Below the pieces are notes generated by a model that searched no databases, was not told the origin of the DNA, and worked only from the letters and a program-made list of their open reading frames with translations. From the NCBI GenBank assembly GCA_963770835.1, contig CAVYRH010000019.1:411752-475751 (forward strand): a DNA stretch of 64,000 bases, written 5' to 3'. Position numbers and translations under genes: made by a program. Shown piece after piece: positions 41,630 to 52,661 of this stretch (its first letter is position 1; every line of letters begins with the position of its first letter). Origin of the DNA: an uncultured Pseudomonadota bacterium. GTDB taxonomy: Bacteria > Oederibacteriota > Muellerivitia > Muellerivitales > Muellerivitaceae.

Positions 41630-43696
41630 ATGACCGACGCTTCCCTCTTCCTACAGGACCTGGCCCTCGTGCTTTGCGTGGCGGCCGTCACCACCATCCT
41701 TTTCCAATGGCTCAAGCAGTCCGTCATCCTGGGCTATCTTTTGGCGGGGCTCATCCTGGGCCCCCACGTGCCGCTCCCTCTTTTCGCGCACGAGGACACG
41801 GTCAAGACCATGGCCGAACTTGGTGTCATCCTGGTCATGTTTTCCATCGGCCTTGAATTCAGCCTGGGCCGGTTTCTCAAGGTGCTTCCCACGGCGGGTT
41901 TGACCTGCGCCATTGAGCTCTCCCTCATGACTTGGCTGGGTTATACAGTGGGAAGGCTTTTCGGATGGTCCCCCCTGGAATCCCTTTTCGCGGGCGCCAT
42001 CCTATCCCTTTCCAGCACCATGATCGCTTCCAAGGCCCTTTCGGATCGGCCCGCCGACCCCCAGCTGACGCGCGGCATCTTCGGAATCCTGGTCGTGCAG
42101 GACCTGGCTTCTGTGCTTCTTTTAGCGGTACTGACACCCCTGGCCGGGGGGGCCAACCTTTCCCCAAGAGCCCTCTTGATGGAAAGCGGAAACCTGCTGG
42201 GCTTCCTGGTCCTGCTTTTGGGCCTGGGCTGGCTGCTGGTCCCACGGCTTTTGCGCTCTGTGGTAGCCCTTCGAAATCCCGAAACCCTCCTGGTGGCGTC
42301 CGTGGGACTTTGCTTCGCCATGGCCCTTTTGGCGAAAAGGGGCGGCTATTCCCCGGCCCTCGGCGCTTTTTTGGCCGGCATGCTTTCGGCTGAGTCGGGC
42401 GCCGGAGCCACCATCGGCCGGCTCATACATCCTTTGAGGGATATGTTCGCGGCGGTTTTTTTCGTCTCCGTGGGAATGTTGGTGAACCCTTCGGTATTGA
42501 AAGAACATTGGGGCGCCGTTTTGACCCTAAGCTTGGTGGTGGTCCTCGGCCAGACCCTGACGGTGTCCGTGGGAACCTTCCTGACCGGCCGCCCTTTGAA
42601 GTCCGCTGTACAGACTGCCCTGGCCCTGACCCAAGTCGGGGAGTTTTCCTACATCATCGCCCAAGTAGGTGTCGCCCACGGCGCCATCGGGGGCTTCCTT
42701 TACGATGTCACAGTGGCCGTCTCGGTGGTCACAGCCTTCACCACTCCCCTCTTGCTCAAGTCCGCCCAGCCCTTTTCCCGCTGGGTGGACAGCCACTTGC
42801 CCAAACCATTGCAGACCTTCACTGCCCTCTACGGCTCCTGGATGGAGGAACTGCGGGTGAAACAGGGAGAAGAAACCGTTTGGCACCGTTCCCGCCGCCT
42901 TGCGGGTTTTCTCATCCTGGACTCTTTCTGCCTAGCGGCCCTTATCATCGCCACGGCAGCGGCCTTCCGGCATTGGCTGCCTGAGTTGGACGAGCATTTT
43001 CACCTTCCGGCCCTGGGTGGCTGGATTCTCACGGCGGGGTTGGGCTTTCTTTTATCCATCCCCTTTGTACTAGGCATCTTCCGGGGCGCCAGGACCCTCG
43101 GCGGTTTGGTGGCCGCCGCTGCCATTCCCAAATCCGCGGAAGGCCTATTGGACTTGGGGCTGGCCCCCCGCCGGGTATTAACCCTCGCCCTGCAATTGGG
43201 AATCGTCTTCGCCCTAGGCTTCCCCCTCTTGGCTCTGACCCAACCCTTCCTGCCTTTCGGCTATGGCCCTCTTCTCTTCGCCGCATTACTGGCGGTATTG
43301 GGGGTGGTTTTCTGGAAAAACGCCGTGGATCTGCAAGGCCACCTGCGGGCCGGCGCCCAAATGGTGGCGGAGGCTTTGTCCCGGCATGCCCCGAAGAACC
43401 AGGACGTCCTGATGGAGGAAATCAATGCCATCGCCCCCGGCATCGGCGCCCCGACCTCCGTCGTCCTCCCGGCGGACAGCCCCGCCGCCGGGAAAAAATT
43501 AAGTGAGTTGAACTTGCGGCTCCTGACCGGCGCAAGTGTGATCGCCATCACCCGGGGGGACGAACGACTTTTGATGCCGTCGGGCAAGGAAACCCTTTTG
43601 GCCGGTGATACGCTGGTATTGGTGGGGACCCAGGAAGCCATCTTCCTGGCCAAGGGGCTGTTAAGAAAACCCGTTTTGAATACCACGCAGGGCTAG
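41630..43696 (+). CDS. CPA2 cation:proton antiporter with a C-terminal TrkA-C (RCK_C) domain
   Basis: LGYLLAG, SSTMI, ILVVQDL, QVGEFSYII motifs; RCK_C tail. Confidence 0.9.
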   Translation: MTDASLFLQDLALVLCVAAVTTILFQWLKQSVILGYLLAGLILGPHVPLPLFAHEDTVKTMAELGVILVMFSIGLEFSLGRFLKVLPTAGLTCAIELSLMTWLGYTVGRLFGWSPLESLFAGAILSLSSTMIASKALSDRPADPQLTRGIFGILVVQDLASVLLLAVLTPLAGGANLSPRALLMESGNLLGFLVLLLGLGWLLVPRLLRSVVALRNPETLLVASVGLCFAMALLAKRGGYSPALGAFLAGMLSAESGAGATIGRLIHPLRDMFAAVFFVSVGMLVNPSVLKEHWGAVLTLSLVVVLGQTLTVSVGTFLTGRPLKSAVQTALALTQVGEFSYIIAQVGVAHGAIGGFLYDVTVAVSVVTAFTTPLLLKSAQPFSRWVDSHLPKPLQTFTALYGSWMEELRVKQGEETVWHRSRRLAGFLILDSFCLAALIIATAAAFRHWLPELDEHFHLPALGGWILTAGLGFLLSIPFVLGIFRGARTLGGLVAAAAIPKSAEGLLDLGLAPRRVLTLALQLGIVFALGFPLLALTQPFLPFGYGPLLFAALLAVLGVVFWKNAVDLQGHLRAGAQMVAEALSRHAPKNQDVLMEEINAIAPGIGAPTSVVLPADSPAAGKKLSELNLRLLTGASVIAITRGDERLLMPSGKETLLAGDTLVLVGTQEAIFLAKGLLRKPVLNTTQG

Positions 43697-43710
43697 AAAA
43701 GGAGGCGTGC

Positions 43711-43878
43711 ATGAAACGAAACATATTCGACCAAAAAGGCAGGGGGTTGATTGGGCTCTTACTCTGGGGCGCCTTGGCGGCCATCCTGGCCTGGGTGGTC
43801 TGGCAGCTCTACTTGCATCCCGAAAGCTTTAATCCAAAAGGGGCAGCCCACAACGCTTATGAGGACACGCACCCATAA
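43711..43878 (+). CDS. Putative 55-aa single-TM small protein
   Basis: RBS AAGGAGG; MKRNIFDQKGRGLIGLLLWGALAAILAWVVWQLYLHP... Confidence 0.6.
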   Translation: MKRNIFDQKGRGLIGLLLWGALAAILAWVVWQLYLHPESFNPKGAAHNAYEDTHP

Positions 43879-44096
43879 GTGAAAGTTGGCGAAAATTTCC
43901 TTTAAAAGGGCCTAAAATCTAAAAATATTAAAATTTTATTAATATTCCATTGAATTCGAATTTCAAACCCTCCAAGATGCTGCGCTATCCTCATTCTTCC
44001 TGCTTTATTTCGGGCTTTGCCCGATGTTAAGGAAATGAGGATCACACAGATTTCATTTATGGGGCCGAAGGCCCTCGGAAAAAGAGAATCTGTGCA

Positions 44097-44230
44097 TTAA
44101 GCCGAATCCGGTAGGCACAAAGCCTTATCGGAACGGGGGACCCATTTCATTTGGGGCTTACTCCTTCGCTCATAAGGGAAGGGGCGGCGTGCTTACCCGC
44201 CGAGCCCGACAGCTAACCCCGTAGGCCGCG
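44097..44230 (+). promoter_or_regulatory. c-di-AMP riboswitch (ydaO/yuaA class)
   Basis: GCCGAATCC..GAACGGGGGACCCA..TGGGG..GCCCGACAGCTAACCCCGTAGGC consensus upstream of a K+-type transporter. Confidence 0.9.
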
Positions 44231-44242
44231 GAGGCAGTCCCC

Positions 44243-46081
44243 ATGTCGGATTCAAAAACACCTTCCGTAAAAGTCCACCAGCTGGGTTGGGTCCTCGTCT
44301 TTGCCATCGTTTACGCGGACATCGGGACCTCGATCTTTTACGTCCCCGGCATCCTTTATAACTCCATCGGCAACCTGGCCACTCTCGCCCAATTCATCAC
44401 CACCGGCGTCTTCGTTTCCATCGCGCTCAAGTACGTCGAAATTTGCGAACGCTGTCCCGACGGCGGGGGCGTGGTGTCCATCGTGCGGGAGGCCTTTTCC
44501 GCCCTCGAGTTCCTGCCCCTCGTGGGCGGCGCCTTTATCACCGTGGATTACTTCCTGACCTCCGCTATTTCGGGCGTTTCCGGCCTTTACTACCTTTCCA
44601 GCCTCATGCCCGAAACCAAGGACCTGGTCGTGACCGCCTCCATGGTGCTTTTTCTCTGCTTGATCCTTATCAATATGATCGGCATTAAGGAATCGGCCTC
44701 GGTCACTTCCACCTTCGCCACGGCCGAGATCGTCGTGACCTTCCTGCTTCTGGGAACCGCCTACTTCTTCGTGGCCACCCACGCCAACCTTTCCTGGAGC
44801 GGCTGGTGGCACAGCATCGTTCACCCCGGCATCCCCCTGACCTTTGGTTCCGTCATGATCGGTTACGCCACCACTTGGCTTGCCTATTCAGGTTTGGAAT
44901 CCGTGGCCCAGATATCCGGTGCCATGAAGCTGCCGGTCAAATCCACGGCCACAACCGCCATGTGGTGGGTCATCGGCACCATCGCCATCATCAGTTCTCC
45001 CATGACCGCCGCGGTGCTTTACTTGTTACCCGACACGGTGAAACTAACCCAGTCCGATTCCCTCTTGTCCGCGTTGGGATTTGCCGTGGGTGGCCCCCTC
45101 CTGGGAATCGCAGTGGTGGTGGCGGCTTCGGTACTCCTCTTTATGGCCTGCAACACCGCCATCGTGGGCAACTATCACGTGAACGTGCGCCTTTCCGACT
45201 TAGGTTTTATGCCTTCTTTTTTAAGGAAACGCCACCCCAAACTGGGTACGCCCTATCTTTCCATTTTGATCTCGGGGCTGGTGCCTATGGCCATCATCTT
45301 CATCACCAAAGCCAACGTAGATGCCCTCGGTGACCTTTATAACTTCGGCCTCCTGGGCACGCTTTCCCTATCCTCCCTGGCCATCGACAAACTGCGTTGG
45401 CGGGACGGAGTGAGGGGTTTCAAGTTCTGGAGCGGAATATTCACTACCCTGGCCTTGTTGGCAGCCTGGATCATCAATATGTTCCACAAACCCGATGCCC
45501 TGATTTTTGGTGGAACCATCGCGGCAATTTTGGTGGGTACCGGCGTATGGCACCGCGTTAAGGCTTCCCAAAAGGCCGCCGGCCAGTTCGCCCGGGCCGA
45601 ATCCACCGTGGCCGATCTGCCCGAGGCCTCCAACATCCTGACCCTGGAGGAAGCCGTGGAGGCTTCGGCCGTCGAATCCTCGCCAATTATGGTGGCCTTA
45701 AGGTATGTGAACTCGAAACTGCTGCAGGACGCCGCCATTTACGCCAAGGGCCTTAAATGCGGCAACATTTACGTGATTTACGTGGATGAGATGCCGGGGC
45801 TTTTTCTTCCCAACGAAATTAAACCCAGCCCTGAAGCCCTGAAAGTATTAATAGGGTCCTGTGCCGCCCTGGAAAAGATGGGCGTGGCTGGCATCCCCAT
45901 TTGGCGCATGGCCGAGGATGCGGGTTTTTCTATTGCTGATGCGGCCAGGGGCCTCGAAGTCAAACAGGTGTTCGTGGGTTCTTCCCAGAGGACCTTCTTC
46001 TGGCGCATGGTGCGGGGCCGCATGTTGAAGAACCTAGCCGACCGCCTGCCCGAATCCGCCGACCTAATTATTGTGGGCTAA
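44243..46081 (+). CDS. APC-superfamily KimA/YdaO-like transporter with a C-terminal USP-like domain
   Basis: YADIGTSIFY, PDGGG, VDYFLT, AYSGLES; USP-like tail (VFVGSSQRT). Confidence 0.8.
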   Translation: MSDSKTPSVKVHQLGWVLVFAIVYADIGTSIFYVPGILYNSIGNLATLAQFITTGVFVSIALKYVEICERCPDGGGVVSIVREAFSALEFLPLVGGAFITVDYFLTSAISGVSGLYYLSSLMPETKDLVVTASMVLFLCLILINMIGIKESASVTSTFATAEIVVTFLLLGTAYFFVATHANLSWSGWWHSIVHPGIPLTFGSVMIGYATTWLAYSGLESVAQISGAMKLPVKSTATTAMWWVIGTIAIISSPMTAAVLYLLPDTVKLTQSDSLLSALGFAVGGPLLGIAVVVAASVLLFMACNTAIVGNYHVNVRLSDLGFMPSFLRKRHPKLGTPYLSILISGLVPMAIIFITKANVDALGDLYNFGLLGTLSLSSLAIDKLRWRDGVRGFKFWSGIFTTLALLAAWIINMFHKPDALIFGGTIAAILVGTGVWHRVKASQKAAGQFARAESTVADLPEASNILTLEEAVEASAVESSPIMVALRYVNSKLLQDAAIYAKGLKCGNIYVIYVDEMPGLFLPNEIKPSPEALKVLIGSCAALEKMGVAGIPIWRMAEDAGFSIADAARGLEVKQVFVGSSQRTFFWRMVRGRMLKNLADRLPESADLIIVG

Positions 46082-46292
46082 AAACCTTCTATAAAATTTT
46101 CACCGCCTAATCTTTCCCTTCGTTCTCACACCACTTTGTTGCCAAAACCTTTTCCACTGAAAAAAGGCCGTAATTCATTGGGAATTCATTAAACCCCCTG
46201 TTATGAAAATGTTAGGATTTTATTAATTTTCACCCTCCCGTGTCTCTTTCATTGATTCACATTAAAAAGAAATTAAAATTTCACGCTTATAT

Positions 46293-46440
46293 AGCCGAAC
46301 TGTCTCATAGCGGAGTTTTTGATCCGCTAGGGGATGGACGGGGGACCCAAGTATCTGGGGCTTATTCCTTACCCGACTTGATGGGAAGGAACGGCGAGCC
46401 TTTCGCGCCGAGCCCGACAGCTAACCTCGCAGGCTTCGAA
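46293..46440 (+). promoter_or_regulatory. c-di-AMP riboswitch (second copy)
   Basis: GCCGAAC..GGACGGGGGACCCA..TGGGG..GCCCGACAGCTAACCTCGCAGGC. Confidence 0.88.
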
Positions 46441-46486
46441 GGGCACGTCGGAAACGAGACGGCCCAATTTGCTATTGGAGGCCGTC

Positions 46487-48466
46487 ATGGTGGAAAAAGT
46501 AAAAGAACTCGTTTTCGGCAGGGCCAAGAATCCCCTCGATTCGCAGATTTTCCATAAACTCAGCCTGATTGCCTTCCTGGCCTGGGTGGGCCTGGGGGCC
46601 GACGGGTTGTCCTCCTCCGCCTACGGCCCGGAGGAAACCTACAAGGCCTTAGGCGCCCAATATCACCACATCGCCCTCTACCTGGCCATCGCCATGGCGG
46701 CCACGGTCTTCATCATCTCCGCCAGTTACAGCCAGGTGATCGAGTATTTCCCGTCGGGTGGCGGGGGTTATGTGGTGGCCAGCAAGCTCCTGCACCCCGT
46801 GGCGGGTCTCGTTTCCGGCTCCGCGCTGATAGTGGACTACGTCCTGACCATCGCCATTTCCATCGCCGCGGGAATGGACGCCATCGGCGACTTCAAATCG
46901 GATTTCTTCACGCAGAATATCAAGCTGTACATCGATATCGCCCTCGTGCTGCTCCTCATTTGGCTGAACATGCGGGGCATCAAGGAATCGGTCACCACCC
47001 TCCTCCCCATCTTCCTGGTTTTCGTGGGCACCCACGTCATCCTCATCGGTGCCGGCCTCCTTGGGCACGGCTCCCAGATTGTTCCCGTCGCCCAAAGCAC
47101 GATCCGGGAAACCCATCAAATCGTCGGCACGCTGGGGCTATGGGGATTTATCGTCATCTTCTTCAAGGCCTACAGCTTGGGAGGCGGCACTTACACCGGC
47201 ATTGAGGCCGTTTCCAACGGCTTGGCCAATCTTCGCGAGCCCCGCGTCCAGACGGGCAAAAAAACAATGCTTTACATGGCCACCTCCCTGGCCTTCACGG
47301 CGGGCGGCATCCTGCTTCTTTATATGCTCTGGGATATCCCGGCGGTGGATGGGGAAACCATGAACGGCACCTTGTCCAAGACCATCTTCGGTCCCTGGAC
47401 CCTCTTGGGGATGCCCGTCGGACAATGGCTCATCTTCCTGACCCTCCTTTCCGAGGGCATGCTGCTCTTTATCGCGGCCCAGACCGGTTTCATCGACGGG
47501 CCCAACGTGCTGTCCAATATGGCGGTGGATTCCTGGATGCCCCACCGTTTCGCCAACCTGTCCCACCGCCTGGTGCGCATGAACGGCATCTTGGCCATGG
47601 GAATTCCCACCTTGATCATCCTTGCCGTGACGAAAGGCAACGTGGACACTTTGGTGGTTCTTTACGCCATCAACGTCTATATCACCTTTTCCATGTCCCA
47701 ACTTTCGATGTGTGTGCATTGGTGGCAGGCGCGGAATACCCAAAAGGACTGGTGGCACCGGTTTTTCATCAACGGCCTGGGGCTCACCTTGACGTCCATT
47801 ATTCTCGTGGCGACCGTGGCGGCCAAATTCCTGGAAGGGGGATGCGTCACCATTATCATGACCGGCGTTTTAATCTTCGTTTGTTTCCTTGTCAAACGCC
47901 ATTACCAGGGCGTTCGCAAGGCCCTGGGCCGCCTCGATGAGGCCTTGATTAACCTGCCCCTCCCCGACCGGGACGCCAGCGAACCTGCCTTGGGCCCCTG
48001 CGACAAGGGGAAACCCGTGGCGGTGGTCATGGTGGAGAGTTACAACGGTTTGGGAATCCACGCCATTTTTTCCGTCCAGAAGCTCTTCGGACAACGCTTC
48101 CAGGATCTCCTCTTCGTCTCCATTGGGCGGGTGGATTCCAGCAAGTTCAAGGGCGCGGAGGAAATGGATAATTTGAGGAAGAACACAGAGGACAACCTGA
48201 GGAAATACGTGGCCCTGGCGCACAAGATGGGCTATCGGTCCGATTACCGTTATCTCGTGGACATCGACGTCATCGCCGGGATGGAAAAACTCTGTGAGGA
48301 AGTGGCGGCCGAATTCTCCGACGCCACCTTTTTCTCCGGCAAGCTCATCTTCGCCCGCGAAACCCTTTGGAGCAATCTTTTGCATAATCAGACCTCGCTG
48401 GAAATGCAACGCCGTCTTTTGTTCAAGGGCATCAATATGATGGTGGTGCCGGTCCGGGTTTTATAG
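46487..48466 (+). CDS. KimA/YdaO-like K+ transporter (APC superfamily)
   Basis: ADGLSSSAYGPEE, PSGGGGY, VDYVLT, YTGIEAVSNG motifs. Confidence 0.85.
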   Translation: MVEKVKELVFGRAKNPLDSQIFHKLSLIAFLAWVGLGADGLSSSAYGPEETYKALGAQYHHIALYLAIAMAATVFIISASYSQVIEYFPSGGGGYVVASKLLHPVAGLVSGSALIVDYVLTIAISIAAGMDAIGDFKSDFFTQNIKLYIDIALVLLLIWLNMRGIKESVTTLLPIFLVFVGTHVILIGAGLLGHGSQIVPVAQSTIRETHQIVGTLGLWGFIVIFFKAYSLGGGTYTGIEAVSNGLANLREPRVQTGKKTMLYMATSLAFTAGGILLLYMLWDIPAVDGETMNGTLSKTIFGPWTLLGMPVGQWLIFLTLLSEGMLLFIAAQTGFIDGPNVLSNMAVDSWMPHRFANLSHRLVRMNGILAMGIPTLIILAVTKGNVDTLVVLYAINVYITFSMSQLSMCVHWWQARNTQKDWWHRFFINGLGLTLTSIILVATVAAKFLEGGCVTIIMTGVLIFVCFLVKRHYQGVRKALGRLDEALINLPLPDRDASEPALGPCDKGKPVAVVMVESYNGLGIHAIFSVQKLFGQRFQDLLFVSIGRVDSSKFKGAEEMDNLRKNTEDNLRKYVALAHKMGYRSDYRYLVDIDVIAGMEKLCEEVAAEFSDATFFSGKLIFARETLWSNLLHNQTSLEMQRRLLFKGINMMVVPVRVL

Positions 48467-48536
48467 GCCGAACCGGACAAAAAAAATACCCGGCCTGGTT
48501 TCCCAGGGCGGGGATAGATTTTTTATATCTTGGCTC

Positions 48537-48605
48537 TTACTTGTTGGTCGCCAAATAAAAACCCGACATGGCAATCATCGCCACCCACAGAGCAATCGAA
48601 ATCAT
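48537..48605 (-). CDS. Putative 22-aa single-TM micropeptide
   Basis: RBS AGGAGG; MISIALWVAMIAMSGFYLATNK; upstream TTAA-repeat box. Confidence 0.55.
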   Translation of the reverse strand: MISIALWVAMIAMSGFYLATNK

Positions 48606-48717
48606 TTTCGGCCTCCTAGTGATGAATAACTTCAGAGCCTATTCATAACCCGGAACGGGATTAAAATTCCGTTAAGATTTCGTGGTGGAAGATAAAAAAA
48701 TCGGGCAAATAAAAGGG

Positions 48718-49029
48718 TTATTTCCAAACCATCATGCAGATCCCGCCGGCCACCACCAAAGCGCCGCCGACCAACCGGCCCATCGGTAGGGTTTCCCCGA
48801 AGACGAGGACCCCCGTAATTTGGGAGACGACGAAAAATAGGACGATATAAATCCCTAAGAGCCGTCCAAAATCCCAGCGGGGAAGATTGACCATAACCCC
48901 GTAGGCGAAAAGGACCCCCGCCCCCAACACAAACCCCAGGATACGGCCCGACTTAAGCCCCCAACGGACCAAGGCGTCGCCCCCGACTTCCAAGGCGGCG
49001 GCGAAAAGAAGGAAAAAGAAGGCGTTCAT
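48718..49029 (-). CDS. Small 4-TM DMT/SMR/YnfA-like membrane protein
   Basis: AAALEVGGDA..FGRLLGIY..LVGGALVVAG. Confidence 0.75.
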   Translation of the reverse strand: MNAFFFLLFAAALEVGGDALVRWGLKSGRILGFVLGAGVLFAYGVMVNLPRWDFGRLLGIYIVLFFVVSQITGVLVFGETLPMGRLVGGALVVAGGICMMVWK

Positions 49030-49070
49030 GGGGTCTTTCTTAACTGTTTTGGAGCGGACGGTCAATACGC

Positions 49071-49163
49071 CTAATCATTGAAAAAGACATAAAAAACACT
49101 CAGCCCCAAAACGACGACAATGATGACCACCGGGAGCCATATTCCGCCCATCGGGAATTCCAT
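49071..49163 (-). CDS. Putative 30-aa single-TM micropeptide
   Basis: MEFPMGGIWLPVVIIVVVLGLSVFYVFFND, in operon orientation. Confidence 0.45.
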   Translation of the reverse strand: MEFPMGGIWLPVVIIVVVLGLSVFYVFFND

Positions 49164-49227
49164 CCTCTAAATCAGGCCTACTTGGAACCGTTGAGGGCGT
49201 CCAAGGCCAGGTTCAACTTCAAGACAT

Positions 49228-49593
49228 TCACGCCCGGTTCACCGATAAATCTGAGGAAACGACCCGGTCCCCTTTTTCGCCGTCACGGACGCGGATCGCT
49301 TCCTCGATATTATGGATGAAAATCTTTCCATCCCCCGCTTGGCCCCCCCGAGAGGTCCCCAGGATGGCCTGAACCAGCTTCGGGACGTCCTCGTTGACGG
49401 CGACGATCTCCAGTTTTAACTTGGGCAGGAACTCCACCTTGAACTTGAAGCCCTTGAACTGCTGGGCAAGGCCCTTCTGCCGGCCGTGGCCTTCCACTTC
49501 AGTGAGGGTCATGCCGTCATAGTCGGCTTCCTCCAAAGCAGCCCTGATTTTTTCGAAATTTTCAGGCCGGATAATGGCCTCGATTTTTTTCAC
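49228..49593 (-). CDS. P-II family protein directly downstream of kdpC
   Basis: P-II motifs; Phe at position 51; IRVRDGE C-loop. Confidence 0.92.
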   Translation of the reverse strand: MKKIEAIIRPENFEKIRAALEEADYDGMTLTEVEGHGRQKGLAQQFKGFKFKVEFLPKLKLEIVAVNEDVPKLVQAILGTSRGGQAGDGKIFIHNIEEAIRVRDGEKGDRVVSSDLSVNRA

Positions 49594-49640
49594 GGGATCA
49601 CCCCCGAAAGACAGTTGGGCCGTTCACGGAACCAGCCGGC

Positions 49641-50234
49641 TTACTTGGAACCCAGGCCGTCCAGGGCCAAGTTCAGTTTCAAAACATTCACCCCGGGATC
49701 GCCGATAAATCCGAGCCAGCGGCCCTGGGTATTTTGGGCCACCAAATCCCTGACCTTGACAGGGTCTAATCCCCTGGTCTTCGCCACCCGGGCCACCTGG
49801 TAATCGGCGCCAGCCGGGCTGATGTGGGGGTCCAAGCCGGACCCGGAAGCCGTCACCAGGTCCATGGGAACCGGCGCGTCCGCCATGTCAGGATTGGCCT
49901 TGCGCTGGGCGTCCACGTTGGCCTTGATGGAGCTGATGAAAGCTGGGTTGGTCGGGCCCAGGTTGGAACCGCTGGAATTGCCTGCGTTGTAGGCGAATGG
50001 AGAAGTAGCGGAAGGCCTGCCCCAGAAATACTTGGCATCGTCGAAAGGCTGGCCGATCAATTCCGACCCAACCTTCTTGCCGTTCACTTCGATCAAACTG
50101 CCGTTGGCCTGGTGGGGAAACAAAACCTGGCCAAGTAAGGTCACTGCGCCGGGATAAATCAGCCCGCAAAAGAGGGTAAAGACCACCATGGCGACCAGCG
50201 AGATCCTGATTTGGATTCCTAATTCCTTAAACAT
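49641..50234 (-). CDS. kdpC: K+-transporting ATPase subunit C
   Basis: [38 protein letters not shown]. Confidence 0.97.
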   Translation of the reverse strand: MFKELGIQIRISLVAMVVFTLFCGLIYPGAVTLLGQVLFPHQANGSLIEVNGKKVGSELIGQPFDDAKYFWGRPSATSPFAYNAGNSSGSNLGPTNPAFISSIKANVDAQRKANPDMADAPVPMDLVTASGSGLDPHISPAGADYQVARVAKTRGLDPVKVRDLVAQNTQGRWLGFIGDPGVNVLKLNLALDGLGSK

Positions 50235-50269
50235 TTTCCACCTCCGAAATTTAACTGCGCCGTTTTAAA

Positions 50270-52342
<2,073 letters not shown>

Positions 52343-52388
52343 TTTTAATTCTCCTTTTTTCAGATCGGCTAAACCTTGAATTGAAACT

Positions 52389-52652
52389 TTATTTTTTAAC
52401 CTGCCGCCGGACCGGGCGGGGACTTTTGTGGCCCGTCGCGCCTTTGGCCCTTTTCGCGAAATCCCTCGCGAGGTCCCGGATGCTTTCAGCTTGCGTGAAG
52501 CCCTGCGTTTCTTTGCCATGTTGAACCATCCTTAGTACAGCCAGTAACAACGCGGACCAGGCCACCAGGAAAAAAGAAACCCGGATGTTCTCCATCGGGG
52601 TGGAAGCCCCCCTCATCAGCAGTCCGATCATTTCCTTCTCAACCGGAAGCAT
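52389..52652 (-). CDS. Hypothetical small membrane protein between kdpA and kdpB
   Basis: 87-aa ORF filling the gap, one TM, basic tail. Confidence 0.4.
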   Translation of the reverse strand: MLPVEKEMIGLLMRGASTPMENIRVSFFLVAWSALLLAVLRMVQHGKETQGFTQAESIRDLARDFAKRAKGATGHKSPRPVRRQVKK

Positions 52653-52661
52653 GTAACACCC

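Noticed and set aside
52343..52519. Basic N-terminal extension of KdpB
   Set aside because: A strong RBS precedes ATG 52342, which matches the normal KdpB start
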